A stretch of DNA of 64,000 nt from a virus. The notes under the pieces are model-generated. The model saw only the letters and a list, made by a program, of their open reading frames with translations. It was not told the DNA's origin and searched no databases. The position numbers and the translations under genes are program-made. The DNA lies in IMG/VR virus record IMGVR_UViG_3300036790_000396, positions 1 to 64,000 of that record; one strand, written 5' to 3'. Shown here piece by piece: positions 1 to 9,251 of the stretch. The stretch's first letter is position 1; each line of letters begins with the position of its first letter.

Positions 1-364
1 CGATCCGCCGCGCCAGCGCGTCGTGATGGTCGTCGAGCTTCGCGCTCAGCCGCTCCTCCATCGCCATCATCTCCGTCGTCACGTGCGCCTTCATCTCCTC
101 GCGCTTGCGCTCGTCATGCTCGGCGTGATGCGAGCGCCACCACGCCGCCAGCCGCCTGCCGACATGATCGCGCCAGTACCAGACCGCTCCCAGGGCGATG
201 AGGTCGTCCTCCAGCCACGCGATCGTGTTCGACCACGTCCCGCCGGAAGGCCAGCCGAAGAACAAGCGAACGACTGCGAACCGGCTCCCGATGAAGGCCC
301 CGGCCGCGACCGCGGCCAGCACGCCCAGCACGATCACGTCGTCGCGGTGCAGCGGCTTGCGCAC
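1..364 (-). CDS. Membrane protein (holin-like candidate), runs off window start
   Basis: Not in the ORF track because there is no stop in the window. GTG at 364 follows AGGAG; reads MRKPLHRDDVIVLGVLAAVAAGAFIGSRFAVVRLFFGWP...IALGAVWYWRD...HDERKREEMKAH, i.e. hydrophobic segments then a charged coiled coil. Confidence 0.7.
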   Translation of the reverse strand, partial: MRKPLHRDDVIVLGVLAAVAAGAFIGSRFAVVRLFFGWPSGGTWSNTIAWLEDDLIALGAVWYWRDHVGRRLAAWWRSHHAEHDERKREEMKAHVTTEMMAMEERLSAKLDDHHDALARRI

Positions 365-377
365 GCTCCTCATACTG

Positions 378-410
378 CTTCCGGGGACCGTGCCGCACGG
401 TCCCCGGAAG
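378..410. promoter_or_regulatory. Perfect 16-bp inverted repeat carrying CCCCGGAAG on both strands (divergent putative late promoter pair)
   Basis: CTTCCGGGGACCGTGC-C-GCACGGTCCCCGGAAG lies between divergent genes starting at 364 (-) and 426 (+). Confidence 0.7.
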
Positions 411-425
411 AAACGGAGGGATGCC

Positions 426-1064
426 GTGACCACCTTTAACCTTTACCGGCAGGCGCAGCTCGCCGCCTGGCTCGCGCAGGTGGACTGGAACAGCGACAAC
501 ATCGTCGTCACCCAGCACACCAGCTCGTACACGCCCAGCCTGGACGCCAACGCCCACGTCTCCGACCTCACGGGCGAGGTCGCCACCGGGAACGGGTACA
601 CCCAGGGCGGCGCGGCCCTCGACGGGCGCGCGGCGGCCTACCATCCGGCCGCGAGCTGGCCCGACACATGGGCAGCGTCTGCCGCCTACGCTGTCGGCGC
701 CGTGGTGCGCCCGGCCTCGTCGCCGGTGCTTCTCTACCGCTGCTCGGCAGCCGGCACCTCCGGGGCGACGGCACCCGCGTGGCCTCAGTCGCCGGGACTG
801 ACCGTCACTGACGGGTCGGTCACCTGGGACGCGGTCGGCGCCGGGGCCGTCGCCCTTACCGCGGACGTGCTGACATGGGAGGAGTACTCCGCGACGTTCC
901 GCTACCTCGTCATCTCCGACCGGACGCCGGATACCGCTGCGGCCCAGCCGCTGCTCGCCGTCGCCGACGCCGGCAGCAGCGTCACCGGGTCGGGAGGCTC
1001 CCTCACCGTCACCTTCGACTCCGGGACAGGCTCCGGCATCGTGATCCCGCTGTGGGCTCCGTGA
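426..1064 (+). CDS. Virion structural protein with a carbohydrate-binding-like insert
   Basis: GTG after GGAGG. WAASAAYAVGAVVRP..LYRCSAAGTSG..PAWP..VTDGSVTW motif typical of tail-associated proteins. Confidence 0.7.
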   Translation: MTTFNLYRQAQLAAWLAQVDWNSDNIVVTQHTSSYTPSLDANAHVSDLTGEVATGNGYTQGGAALDGRAAAYHPAASWPDTWAASAAYAVGAVVRPASSPVLLYRCSAAGTSGATAPAWPQSPGLTVTDGSVTWDAVGAGAVALTADVLTWEEYSATFRYLVISDRTPDTAAAQPLLAVADAGSSVTGSGGSLTVTFDSGTGSGIVIPLWAP

Positions 1065-1070
1065 CCGGTC

Positions 1071-2939
1071 ATGGCCAAGATCACTGACTACGAGGCACTC
1101 GAATCGGCCGCCGGTGCCGATGTCATGCTCATCGTCGACGTCTCCGACACTTCCCAGTCCCAGGCGGGCACCACCAAGAAAGTGCTCGTCTCCGGGCTGC
1201 TGTCCGCCAGCGGCGTGCAGCTGGGCGCGGACCTGGGCGGCACCGACGAGGCTCCCGAGGTCATCAGCACCCACCTGACCGCGCCGCTGCCTCTCGCCCA
1301 GGGCGGCACGGCAGCTGCTACCGGCCCGGCGGCACTGACCTCCCTCGGGGCCGCGTCCGCCTCCGCCCTGTCCGCGGAGACGACCCGCGCGGAGACTGCC
1401 GAGGCCCTCAAGGCTCCCCTCGCTTCCCCCGTGTTCACCGGCACTCCCGCTGCCCCTACGGCCTCTGCGGGAACCGATACCACCCAGCTTGCGACCACGG
1501 CGTTCGTCACTTCCGCAGTCAGTACCGAGACCTCCCGCGCCGAGACCGCCGAGGCACTGAAGGCCCCGCTGGCGTCTCCTGCTCTCAGCGGCACCCCCAC
1601 CGCCCCGACGGCGGCAGCGGGCACTGACACCACCCAGCTGGCCACGACGGCGTTCGTGTCCGCCGCGGCGCTCCCGCTGCCGTCCGGGACGCCCTCCGAC
1701 GGCCAGGTGCCCGCAGTCTCGGCGGTGTCCCCGCTGGCCATGGAATGGGCGGATAACGGCAGCGGCGGCGGGGGCTCCGGCACCGTCACCGACGTCGCCG
1801 TCGAGTCCGCGAACGGCTTCGCGGGGACCGTCGCCGACAGCACGACGACCCCTCAGCTCACCCTGTCCACGACCGTCACCGGCGTGCTGAAGGGCAACGG
1901 GACCGCCGTGTCGGCTGCCACGGCGGGCACCGATTACTCGACGCCTGCCGAAGTCTCCTCGGCTGTCTCCGGCCTCGCCCCGCTCGCCTCTCCCGTGTTC
2001 ACCGGAACTCCGGCCGCTCCTACCGCGGCGGCCGGGACGAACACTGTCCAGCTCGCCACGACCGCGTTCGCGGCAGCGGCGGCAGCATCGGCCCAGTCGG
2101 CGGCGGAAGCCTACGCGGAGGGGCTGCAGCCGACCAGCGGCGCCCCGCTCGCCCTGGCCGACGGCGGCACCGGCGTGAGCGCCGGCTCGGACAGCGCCCT
2201 GCTGACCTCCCTGGGCGCGGCGTCTTCGACGGCCCTGTCCGCGGAGACGAGCCGGGCCGAAGCGGCCGAGGTGCTTCTCGCCCCTCTCGCCTCGCCGGCG
2301 CTGACGGGGACTCCCGCTGCTCCCACGGCTTCAGCCGGGACGAACACGACCCAGCTCGCGACTACTGCCTTCGTGACGTCAGCGGTCAGCACCGAGACCT
2401 CCCGCGCCGAGACGGCAGAGGCCCTCAAGGCGCCCCTCGCCTCTCCTGTGCTGACGGGCACTCCCGCCGCGCCGACGGCGACGGCCGGGACGAATACCAC
2501 CCAGCTCGCCACGACCGCGTTCGTCACGACCGCCGTGTCCGCGGAGGCCAGCCGCGCCGAGACGGCGGAGGCCCTCGCATTCCCGAAGACGGGCGGGGCG
2601 CTCACCGGCCATGTGTCCCCCGCCGTCGTCACCCTCACCGACGGCTCCTCCGTCGCCCTGAACGCGGCGTCCGGAAACGTCTTCGAGTGGGCTCTCGGCG
2701 CTAACGGCCATACTCTCGCGGCCCCGTCCAACCCGGTCGCCGGACAGGTGATCATCATCGACATCGTCCCCAGCGGCGCTTTCACTCCCGCATTCAATGC
2801 CGTCTTCGCGTTCGGCACCGACGGGCAGCCCTCCTGGTCCGCGGCCAGCGGTACCCTCGACGAGATCGCGTTCCGCTACTCCTCCCTGGCCTCGGCCTGG
2901 ATCTGCCAGGGCTGGAAGCTCGGCTTCACGGGAGCGTAA
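1071..2939 (+). CDS. Tail fibre protein with internal repeats
   Basis: Five copies of APLASP(V/A)xxGTPxAPTAxAGT(D/N)TxQLATTAF, a typical phage tail-fibre repeat, with ET(S/T)RAETAEAL linkers. Confidence 0.85.
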   Translation: MAKITDYEALESAAGADVMLIVDVSDTSQSQAGTTKKVLVSGLLSASGVQLGADLGGTDEAPEVISTHLTAPLPLAQGGTAAATGPAALTSLGAASASALSAETTRAETAEALKAPLASPVFTGTPAAPTASAGTDTTQLATTAFVTSAVSTETSRAETAEALKAPLASPALSGTPTAPTAAAGTDTTQLATTAFVSAAALPLPSGTPSDGQVPAVSAVSPLAMEWADNGSGGGGSGTVTDVAVESANGFAGTVADSTTTPQLTLSTTVTGVLKGNGTAVSAATAGTDYSTPAEVSSAVSGLAPLASPVFTGTPAAPTAAAGTNTVQLATTAFAAAAAASAQSAAEAYAEGLQPTSGAPLALADGGTGVSAGSDSALLTSLGAASSTALSAETSRAEAAEVLLAPLASPALTGTPAAPTASAGTNTTQLATTAFVTSAVSTETSRAETAEALKAPLASPVLTGTPAAPTATAGTNTTQLATTAFVTTAVSAEASRAETAEALAFPKTGGALTGHVSPAVVTLTDGSSVALNAASGNVFEWALGANGHTLAAPSNPVAGQVIIIDIVPSGAFTPAFNAVFAFGTDGQPSWSAASGTLDEIAFRYSSLASAWICQGWKLGFTGA

Positions 2940-2940
2940 G

Positions 2941-2990
2941 GCATAACGATATTTTTATATTATTTAATTACTAATAAGAAAAGGCAGGAA
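2941..2990. promoter_or_regulatory. Very AT-rich intergenic stretch (probable promoter of an inserted gene)
   Basis: GATATTTTTATATTATTTAATTACTAATAAGAAAA in a high-GC genome, directly upstream of a lower-GC gene. Confidence 0.5.
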
Positions 2991-3374
2991 ATGACAGCTA
3001 ATTATACAATGATGAAGTACATAGGGATAGGACCGCTTGACTCTGAGGGAAACGGCACTTCGCTAACCTATGTCACTGACGGTACTGCGTCAGTGACGAT
3101 CAAGAATCACGGACCGTCAGCTGTATTCCTGACTGCGTGCGAGGCAGGCGGTGATCCTGACTCTTTTACGGGACAAGGACATCTCTACCCGGCTCAAGCG
3201 GAAGTCCCCGCAGGAACAGTAACATCTCAGGCTCGCATCGAAGCGGGCGAGACGACGCCTCTCATTACCCTTATCGAAACAGATACTTCAGGGAGCACTT
3301 CGTGCATCATAGTCGGCTGCACTGACGGTTCGCCTATGGCGTGGCTCAGCATTTACACAACGCAGACAGCATGA
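2991..3374 (+). CDS. Hypothetical protein, lower GC (moron-like)
   Basis: 127-aa ORF with many A/T-ending codons. Confidence 0.65.
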   Translation: MTANYTMMKYIGIGPLDSEGNGTSLTYVTDGTASVTIKNHGPSAVFLTACEAGGDPDSFTGQGHLYPAQAEVPAGTVTSQARIEAGETTPLITLIETDTSGSTSCIIVGCTDGSPMAWLSIYTTQTA

Positions 3375-3380
3375 TAGCCG

Positions 3381-3899
3381 ATGACCAGCTACAGCCTGCT
3401 TAATCAGGCCGGTACGCCGTCGGAGCTGGACTCCCAGACGAATCAGGTGAACGGGGTCAAGTTCACTGTTTCCTCGGCCGTGACCCTGACGGCGATCTGG
3501 GTGTATTCCTATGCAGGAGCACACCTCCCCGCCGCAGCGGGCCTGTATAGCGGCAGCGGGACGCTGGTGTTCTCCAACACGTCGCCGACGTGGTCCGGGG
3601 CAGCCGGATCGGGCTGGGTCAGCTGCGCGTGCTCTCAGCCCCTGACTTCGGGGATCACGTACACGGCTGCCGCCGTCGGCCCGGCAGGAGACTCCTGGTA
3701 CGCGCTCACGTCCGGCGCATGGGGCCCGGTTACCAGCGGGCCGCTGTCGTGCACCTCGAATCCCAACTGCTATGTACTGGGGTCGTCGCTGGCGTACCCG
3801 TCAAATCCCTATGCGGCGTACAACATCTGGATGGACGTCGAGGTATCTGCCGGCAGCACGCCCGGACGCGGGTCCCTGCTGCTGGGGGCGGTCCTGTGA
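3381..3899 (+). CDS. DUF4082-like beta-sandwich protein
   Basis: GVKFTVSSAVTLTAIWVY...SGWV...PL..GITY.A...YNIWMDVEV pattern. Confidence 0.65.
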   Translation: MTSYSLLNQAGTPSELDSQTNQVNGVKFTVSSAVTLTAIWVYSYAGAHLPAAAGLYSGSGTLVFSNTSPTWSGAAGSGWVSCACSQPLTSGITYTAAAVGPAGDSWYALTSGAWGPVTSGPLSCTSNPNCYVLGSSLAYPSNPYAAYNIWMDVEVSAGSTPGRGSLLLGAVL

Positions 3900-5038
3900 T
3901 CGGCATCCTCGACGAGGCCGGGAACGCGGTCCTCGACCAGGCCGGCAGCACTGTCAGCGACGAGACCGGACCGGTTCCCGTCACGCTGCCTCCGGCCGGG
4001 GCAGCAGGCAGCGCTCTCCCCGCACTGGTCTTCACCGGCCCCCTCGTCACGCTGCCGCCGGCGGGGACCGGCGGCGCGGTCCCGGGCATCGTCCTCGTCT
4101 TCGGCACCGCCGTCGCGCTGCACCCTGCTTCCGGCGGGGCCTCGTTCGCCCCGGCGCTGATCCGTCCCTACATCGACATGGTCGTGACCGGAGCCGGGGG
4201 GGGCGCCGCCGCAGGCTCTCCTCCTGTCATCCGCTTCGAGATCCCGCCCCCTCCGGCACCGGTCCTCCCCGCGTGGCAGCGGGACCACGAGGGCTGGGCC
4301 GTGGCCCGCGAGCGCCTGTCCCACGTGCAGGCCCTGTGGCAGTACGGTGAGCTGTCCTACTTCGCGCTGCAGTGGCACATCCAGGACCACGAGGCGGGAC
4401 TCGTGCCGCGCTGCTGGCGCTGCTGGGACGGCGAGAACTCCGCCGCGCCCGTCGAGGACGCCGAGAACCTCATCGCCTCCGCCTACGGGCAGGGCAACCA
4501 GTACCTGTGCCCCGTCTGCTACGGGACCACGTTCGCGCTCCCGGAGGGCGCTTCCCCGCTCCCCGGGCTGCGCGCCCTCATCGTCCGCCCGGCGGTGTGG
4601 AGCGAGTTCGACCGCAGTCAGCAGTACCAGGCCCGCGGCGTCTACGACTCCGCATCCGTGAACGTCGAGTCGGTGCCGGACTTCCGGGTCCGCGCCGGGG
4701 ACTGGGCGTTCCGCGCGGACGGGGCCCGGTTCTACCTGCGGGCGCCCAGGCGCACGACGCTGCGCACCGGGTTCGGGGACCCGTGGCAGCAGACGGCGGC
4801 GATCACCTACAACATGATGCAGGCCGCCCTGGAGTCCCCGCAGTCCGCGGCCTACCGGGTGCCCCCCGCGCCTGCCGTCCTGGCAAGGGTGCTCGGCTCC
4901 TACACCCGCGTCCCGGCGGACTACTCGTGGGCCGAGACCGTCAACGCCGCCCTGATCCCGCTGGAGTCACCGCCCCCGGCGGCTTCCGGGTCGCCGCAGG
5001 GCCCCGTCACGTTCCCGCTGGCCGGAGGGGTGACTTAG
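3896..5038 (+). CDS. Virion neck / head-tail joining protein (putative)
   Basis: GTG overlaps the previous stop; CWRC and CPVC motifs; located upstream of tail completion and sheath genes. Confidence 0.6.
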   Translation: MIGILDEAGNAVLDQAGSTVSDETGPVPVTLPPAGAAGSALPALVFTGPLVTLPPAGTGGAVPGIVLVFGTAVALHPASGGASFAPALIRPYIDMVVTGAGGGAAAGSPPVIRFEIPPPPAPVLPAWQRDHEGWAVARERLSHVQALWQYGELSYFALQWHIQDHEAGLVPRCWRCWDGENSAAPVEDAENLIASAYGQGNQYLCPVCYGTTFALPEGASPLPGLRALIVRPAVWSEFDRSQQYQARGVYDSASVNVESVPDFRVRAGDWAFRADGARFYLRAPRRTTLRTGFGDPWQQTAAITYNMMQAALESPQSAAYRVPPAPAVLARVLGSYTRVPADYSWAETVNAALIPLESPPPAASGSPQGPVTFPLAGGVT

Positions 5039-5040
5039 CA

Positions 5041-5109
5041 GTGCCCCCCGCTGCCGGGCCGGTCCAGAACGAGACCGCCGAGCTGCAGATCAGCAATCAC
5101 CCGGACAGG
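5041..5109 (+). pseudogene. Remnant original 5' end of the 5711..6424 gene, now in frame with the HNH gene
   Basis: VPPAAGPVQNETAELQISNHPDR aligns with MPPAFGALNNETAEMILSKNPDR at 5711; GGAGG upstream at about 5024. Confidence 0.75.
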
Positions 5110-5115
5110 GCGCGC

Positions 5116-5190
5116 TACGCTGTGCTCATCAGGATGCCCGGGCACCGCGCCAACGGCCCCGGGCTGGTCAGCCTGCCAGGAGGCTTCCCC
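5116..5190 (+). promoter_or_regulatory. HNH cassette leader copy 1: -10 box TACGCT, hairpin, sequestered RBS
   Basis: 5128-5193 is 62/66 nt identical to 9249-9314 (-). Confidence 0.75.
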
Positions 5191-5739
5191 ATGGCGCGAG
5201 CATACGTAGAGATCCCGCTGAACGGCAAGAAGGCTGCCGGGCGTGTGGCACTCGTGGACATCGACGACTACTCGAAGGTAATGCCTTACCGGTGGTTCTG
5301 TCGAGAAGAAATCAGCGAAGGAAAGCAGAATGTAGGGCCTTATGCTACTACTAATTTCTGGAAAGAAGGAAAACATCTTTCGTTTAGCATGCATAAGATC
5401 ATTACTGGATACCTGAAGACAGATCATCATGACGGAAACGGTCTTAACAACAGGAAGAATAATCTGCGTCCTGGATCTAAAGGGCGTAACGAGATGAACA
5501 AGCGTGCTCATAAAAATAGCACTTCATCTTATAAGGGAGTATCATGGCATCGAAGAGGAAGTAAGTGGACTGCTAACATAACTGTAGACTACAAGCTCAT
5601 TTACCTTGGATTGTTTTCTTATGAACTGGATGCAGCTCGCGCTTACGACAGAGCTGCATGCTCTCTATTTAAGGAATACGCTCTATTCAACTTTCCTGAG
5701 GAGCATCAGCATGCCGCCAGCGTTTGGTGCCCTAAATAA
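5191..5739 (+). CDS. HNH-AP2 homing endonuclease
   Basis: ALVDIDDY...MHKII...DHHDGNGLNNRKNNLR (HNH) followed by SSYKGVSW..KWTANI..IYLGLF..ELDAARAYD (AP2); low GC. Confidence 0.92.
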   Translation: MARAYVEIPLNGKKAAGRVALVDIDDYSKVMPYRWFCREEISEGKQNVGPYATTNFWKEGKHLSFSMHKIITGYLKTDHHDGNGLNNRKNNLRPGSKGRNEMNKRAHKNSTSSYKGVSWHRRGSKWTANITVDYKLIYLGLFSYELDAARAYDRAACSLFKEYALFNFPEEHQHAASVWCPK

Positions 5740-6424
5740 CGAGACTGCTGAAATGATTCTCAGCAAGAATCCAGATCGAATACTGATGATAGTTCCTAGG
5801 CTCAACCCAAATAGAGCCCGCAGGTGCGCAAATTCTGCCGCTAGTCTTACTCGGAAAATAATGCCAAAGCTTTCCGGGAGAGCTGCCAGTAGAATATTTC
5901 CTATTTACGGAAAAGGATACTTCGGAGTCGGGTGGCTAGACAGCTATGTTTACTTTCAGGAAAGAGGAATTTCCCCGTTCACCATGACGAAGCTCGCCGG
6001 CAAGACGATTCCCATGTGGGTCAATGACGAGTTCGGCACCGAGCGCCAGAAGAACCCGAAGGCGAAGACCCGCGTCACCCTGTCCGGCATTACGCAGGTG
6101 CTGATCTTCCGCAGGGCCGCGAACGTCGGCGAGACCAGGACGGTCCGCACGAAGGTCGCCGGCCAGTGGGTGACGCGCACCGTCCCGAAATCTTACCCCG
6201 GTGCTCCCGGCCGGATCTCCGCCCGCGAGGCCGGGCGCCCGCAGACGACGCCCGGCCGCCGTCCCGGCGCGATTGCCCCCGGCAACGTCGGGATCCGGTG
6301 GCGCCACCCCGGGCTCGCGCCGCGGCTGTTCATCAACCACGCCATTACTCTTGCTGCCCAGCAGAACGGCATTCTTCCCGTGCGCCTGTACGTCGCCAAC
6401 CGCGACTGGCGCCAGCATTTCTGA
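5711..6424 (+). CDS. Virion morphogenesis / neck protein with AT-rich recoded N-terminus
   Basis: ATG after GAGGAG; basic protein ending WRHPGLAPRLFINHAI; first ~90 codons AT-rich, remainder high GC3. Confidence 0.75.
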   Translation: MPPAFGALNNETAEMILSKNPDRILMIVPRLNPNRARRCANSAASLTRKIMPKLSGRAASRIFPIYGKGYFGVGWLDSYVYFQERGISPFTMTKLAGKTIPMWVNDEFGTERQKNPKAKTRVTLSGITQVLIFRRAANVGETRTVRTKVAGQWVTRTVPKSYPGAPGRISAREAGRPQTTPGRRPGAIAPGNVGIRWRHPGLAPRLFINHAITLAAQQNGILPVRLYVANRDWRQHF

Positions 6425-6442
6425 CCTGGCCCCGGAAGCATC

Positions 6443-7114
6443 GTGACCCTTCCGACGCCGCCGCCGGTCCCGGGGTTCCTGCGGACTGTCAGGACCGGGA
6501 TCCGCGATGCCCTGGAGCAGTCGTTCGGCTACTCCTACCCCGAGCAGGACGCTAGCGGCGGCACGAAGAGATCGTTCGTCTCCCTGTCCTACCCGAGGAG
6601 GGAAGCCGACTACCCGGGCGTGTGGCTGGACTTCGAGGTCAGCCTGCTGCAGACCGTCGGCCTGGACCACACCGAGATCGACTCCTCCGGCAACGCCGTC
6701 ACCCGCTGGCGGTTCCAGGGCTATGCCACGTTCACCGTCGTGGCTCTCAATGACAACGAGTGCGACGCGATCTGGGACCAGCTCGTCGGCCTGACCGCGT
6801 TCGCGGCCCAGTCCGATTACCCCTCCGCGTTCCGCTCGGCGGTGGAGGGCAATCCCCTCGTCTCGCTGACGCTGGCCACCGACACCGTCGACATGCGCGG
6901 CAGCGGTGCCTCCCCCGGCACTCCCTGGGGCAGCGACGAGGTGATCTACGAGCGCGGCATGGGGCTGAAGGCGGTCGGGGAGTTCGTCACGGTCCCGCAG
7001 GCGCAGGCTCTCGTCCCGCTGAGCGAGATCATCGTCACCGGCCAGCCGTCCGACATCGCCGGCGACCCGGTCGGCAGTCCCTGGACCCTGACGATCGGCC
7101 CGGACAGCCCCTAG
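6443..7114 (+). CDS. Tail completion / terminator protein (putative)
   Basis: Directly upstream of sheath; YP...YPGVWLDF motif; preceded by CCCCGGAAG (6430). Confidence 0.65.
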   Translation: MTLPTPPPVPGFLRTVRTGIRDALEQSFGYSYPEQDASGGTKRSFVSLSYPRREADYPGVWLDFEVSLLQTVGLDHTEIDSSGNAVTRWRFQGYATFTVVALNDNECDAIWDQLVGLTAFAAQSDYPSAFRSAVEGNPLVSLTLATDTVDMRGSGASPGTPWGSDEVIYERGMGLKAVGEFVTVPQAQALVPLSEIIVTGQPSDIAGDPVGSPWTLTIGPDSP

Positions 7115-7160
7115 GGCCAGCCCCGGAAGGAACAGAGCCGTCGCTGCAGGAGGAGCCCAG

Positions 7161-8708
7161 ATGTCAATTCCGACATTCGCGTCATATACCCCGCCCGGGG
7201 TGTACGTGGCTCCCACGAACACGCCCATCGTCACGGTATCCGGATCGACGCCGCAGGTCATGGCGCTCGCCGGCCCGGCCCTGGGCTACCGCACCGCCGT
7301 GCAGTCGTTCCTGATCTACGCCGCGACCGGTGCCCTCCTGAACTTCAGCGGCGTGTTCACCACCGCCCAGGACGGCCCGCCCGCGATCTCGGCCCCGGTC
7401 CTCACGATCACCGGCACCTCGACCGTCCTGGTGGAGGGCACTGACTACACCTTCACCGTCACTGCCGACCCGTCCGGGAACACGGCCCTGGCCACGACCT
7501 CGGTCTCCCGCGTGGCGGAATCCGAGACGGTTACCGACGGCACGCAGGTGACGGCCACCTACAACTACGCCGACGGCACCTACTACCAGCCGACGCTGTT
7601 CACCAGCCTGCAGTCGGTCATCTCCGCCTACGGCCAGCCCCTGGTCACTGCGGCCCCGACGACGCCGAACACCAGCCAGGTCGCGAACCCGCTGTCGTTC
7701 GGCGCGCAGGTCGCGTTCTCCTCCGGTGCCAGCCAGGTCTACTGCGTGGCGACCGACCCGTCTGACGGGACGTTCGACGAGCAGCTGACGGCGGCCTGGG
7801 CCAAGCTCGCCACCAATCCCAACGTGACTCTCCTCGTGCCGGTGTTCCCCGATTACCTGGACCCGCTCGCGACGCCGACGAGCGTCCCGGCGTTCGCCCA
7901 GGTGATCGCCTCCGACCTGGATGCGGCCTGCACCACCGCCGCTGCCGCCGGCTACCCGCGGATCGGGTTCATGGGGCTGCCCGTCGACTACTCCGAGTCG
8001 GTTCTGTCGGTTCCGGCGTTCGCGACCGCGATCAGCGACGAGCGCCTCGTTGTCGCCTACCCGGAGATCGTGCAGACCTACAATCCTTCGACCCGGCAGA
8101 CGTTCCAGGCATGCGGCTGCCACCTGGCCGCGTCGCTGGCCGCGATCCTGTCGGCGCTGCCGGTCAATACCGGCCTGACGGGGCAGGCGGTGCCGGTCTT
8201 CACCCTGACTCCCACCGAGCTGCAGAACATGACCGTGGCGGCCATGAACACGATCGCCGCCGCGGGCGTCACGATCGTCGCGCAGAACCGCGCCGGGGCG
8301 CTGCAGGTACGGCAGGGCCTGACGACCGACATGGCGGACCTGAACACCCGCGAGATCTCGGTGGTGCGCCAGTCCGACACGCTGATGCTGCTGCTGGAGG
8401 CGGGCCTGGAGGCGTCGGGGCTGATCGGGTCCCCGATCACCGCGACGATGGTGGCGACGGTGCAGGGCGCGATCTCGTCGATCCTGCAGCAGGCGGTGAA
8501 CTCCGCCGTCATCGTGGCGTGGCTGAACCTGTCGGTGCAGCAGGAGGCGTACCCGGGCGGGGACCCGACGATCATCACCGCGTCGTTCTCCTACGCCCCG
8601 GCGTTCCCCCTGAACTACATCACGGTGACGTACTCCATCGACCTGTCCAACGGCCTGGTGGCCACGGCCGAGGCTGCGGCATCGGGCACCGCCAGTACCG
8701 CCGGCTGA
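7161..8708 (+). CDS. Contractile tail sheath protein
   Basis: N-terminal YTPPGVYV; C-terminal VRQGLTTD..TREISVVRQ.D...YAPAFPLNYITV. Confidence 0.92.
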   Translation: MSIPTFASYTPPGVYVAPTNTPIVTVSGSTPQVMALAGPALGYRTAVQSFLIYAATGALLNFSGVFTTAQDGPPAISAPVLTITGTSTVLVEGTDYTFTVTADPSGNTALATTSVSRVAESETVTDGTQVTATYNYADGTYYQPTLFTSLQSVISAYGQPLVTAAPTTPNTSQVANPLSFGAQVAFSSGASQVYCVATDPSDGTFDEQLTAAWAKLATNPNVTLLVPVFPDYLDPLATPTSVPAFAQVIASDLDAACTTAAAAGYPRIGFMGLPVDYSESVLSVPAFATAISDERLVVAYPEIVQTYNPSTRQTFQACGCHLAASLAAILSALPVNTGLTGQAVPVFTLTPTELQNMTVAAMNTIAAAGVTIVAQNRAGALQVRQGLTTDMADLNTREISVVRQSDTLMLLLEAGLEASGLIGSPITATMVATVQGAISSILQQAVNSAVIVAWLNLSVQQEAYPGGDPTIITASFSYAPAFPLNYITVTYSIDLSNGLVATAEAAASGTASTAG

Positions 8709-9251
8709 TCAGCCCTTGACGACGTTCAGCAGGGCATACTCGCCAAACAGTTCCATGGCGGCAGCGTTGTACGCCCGTGCTGCGTCGTCTTCCTGCTCGA
8801 AGATACCGAGATACCTCGTCTTTCCCTCGAAGGTGATCCGGGCCATCCACTTATTACTCTGAGCGGCCCAGTGGACGCCCTTGTAGCGGGAGGTCTTTCC
8901 CGTGCTCTTGCGGGCGCGCTGATTGTGGGTGTTTCCCTTCGTTCCGTCGCGCAAGTTTGAGCGCCGGTTGTCCAGGGTGTTCCCGTTAATGACGTGATCG
9001 ACAACCCGCCAGCGGTCTCCGCCAGGCATCGCGCGGCCGACCATGGTGTGCATGAAGACGGACGTGCGCGTGCCGTCCTGGCGCCGGATGTGGGTGATGG
9101 CGTAGGGGCCGGCAGTGTTGCCTTCGCGTTCCTGCTCCCAGACGTTCCACGTATATAGCGAGACCAGCTCATAATCCTGCTGGTCTACAAGAGCTATGCG
9201 GCCTGCAGCTTTGTCGCCGCGAAGCTTGATCTCTGCATACCCTGATGACAT
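8709..9251 (-). CDS. HNH-AP2 homing endonuclease (paralogue of 5191..5739, opposite strand)
   Basis: ALVDQQDY..VFMHTMV..VDHVINGNTLDNRRSNLR plus SRYKGVHW..KWMARI..RYLGIF..DDAARAYN; ATG at 9251 after GGAGG. Confidence 0.92.
   Translation of the reverse strand: MSSGYAEIKLRGDKAAGRIALVDQQDYELVSLYTWNVWEQEREGNTAGPYAITHIRRQDGTRTSVFMHTMVGRAMPGGDRWRVVDHVINGNTLDNRRSNLRDGTKGNTHNQRARKSTGKTSRYKGVHWAAQSNKWMARITFEGKTRYLGIFEQEDDAARAYNAAAMELFGEYALLNVVKG

Noticed and set aside
7121-7140. CCGGAAGGAA resembling SRP RNA helix 8
   Set aside because: The surrounding SRP stem and CAGG/AGCAG loop are absent; it is an instance of the late motif.
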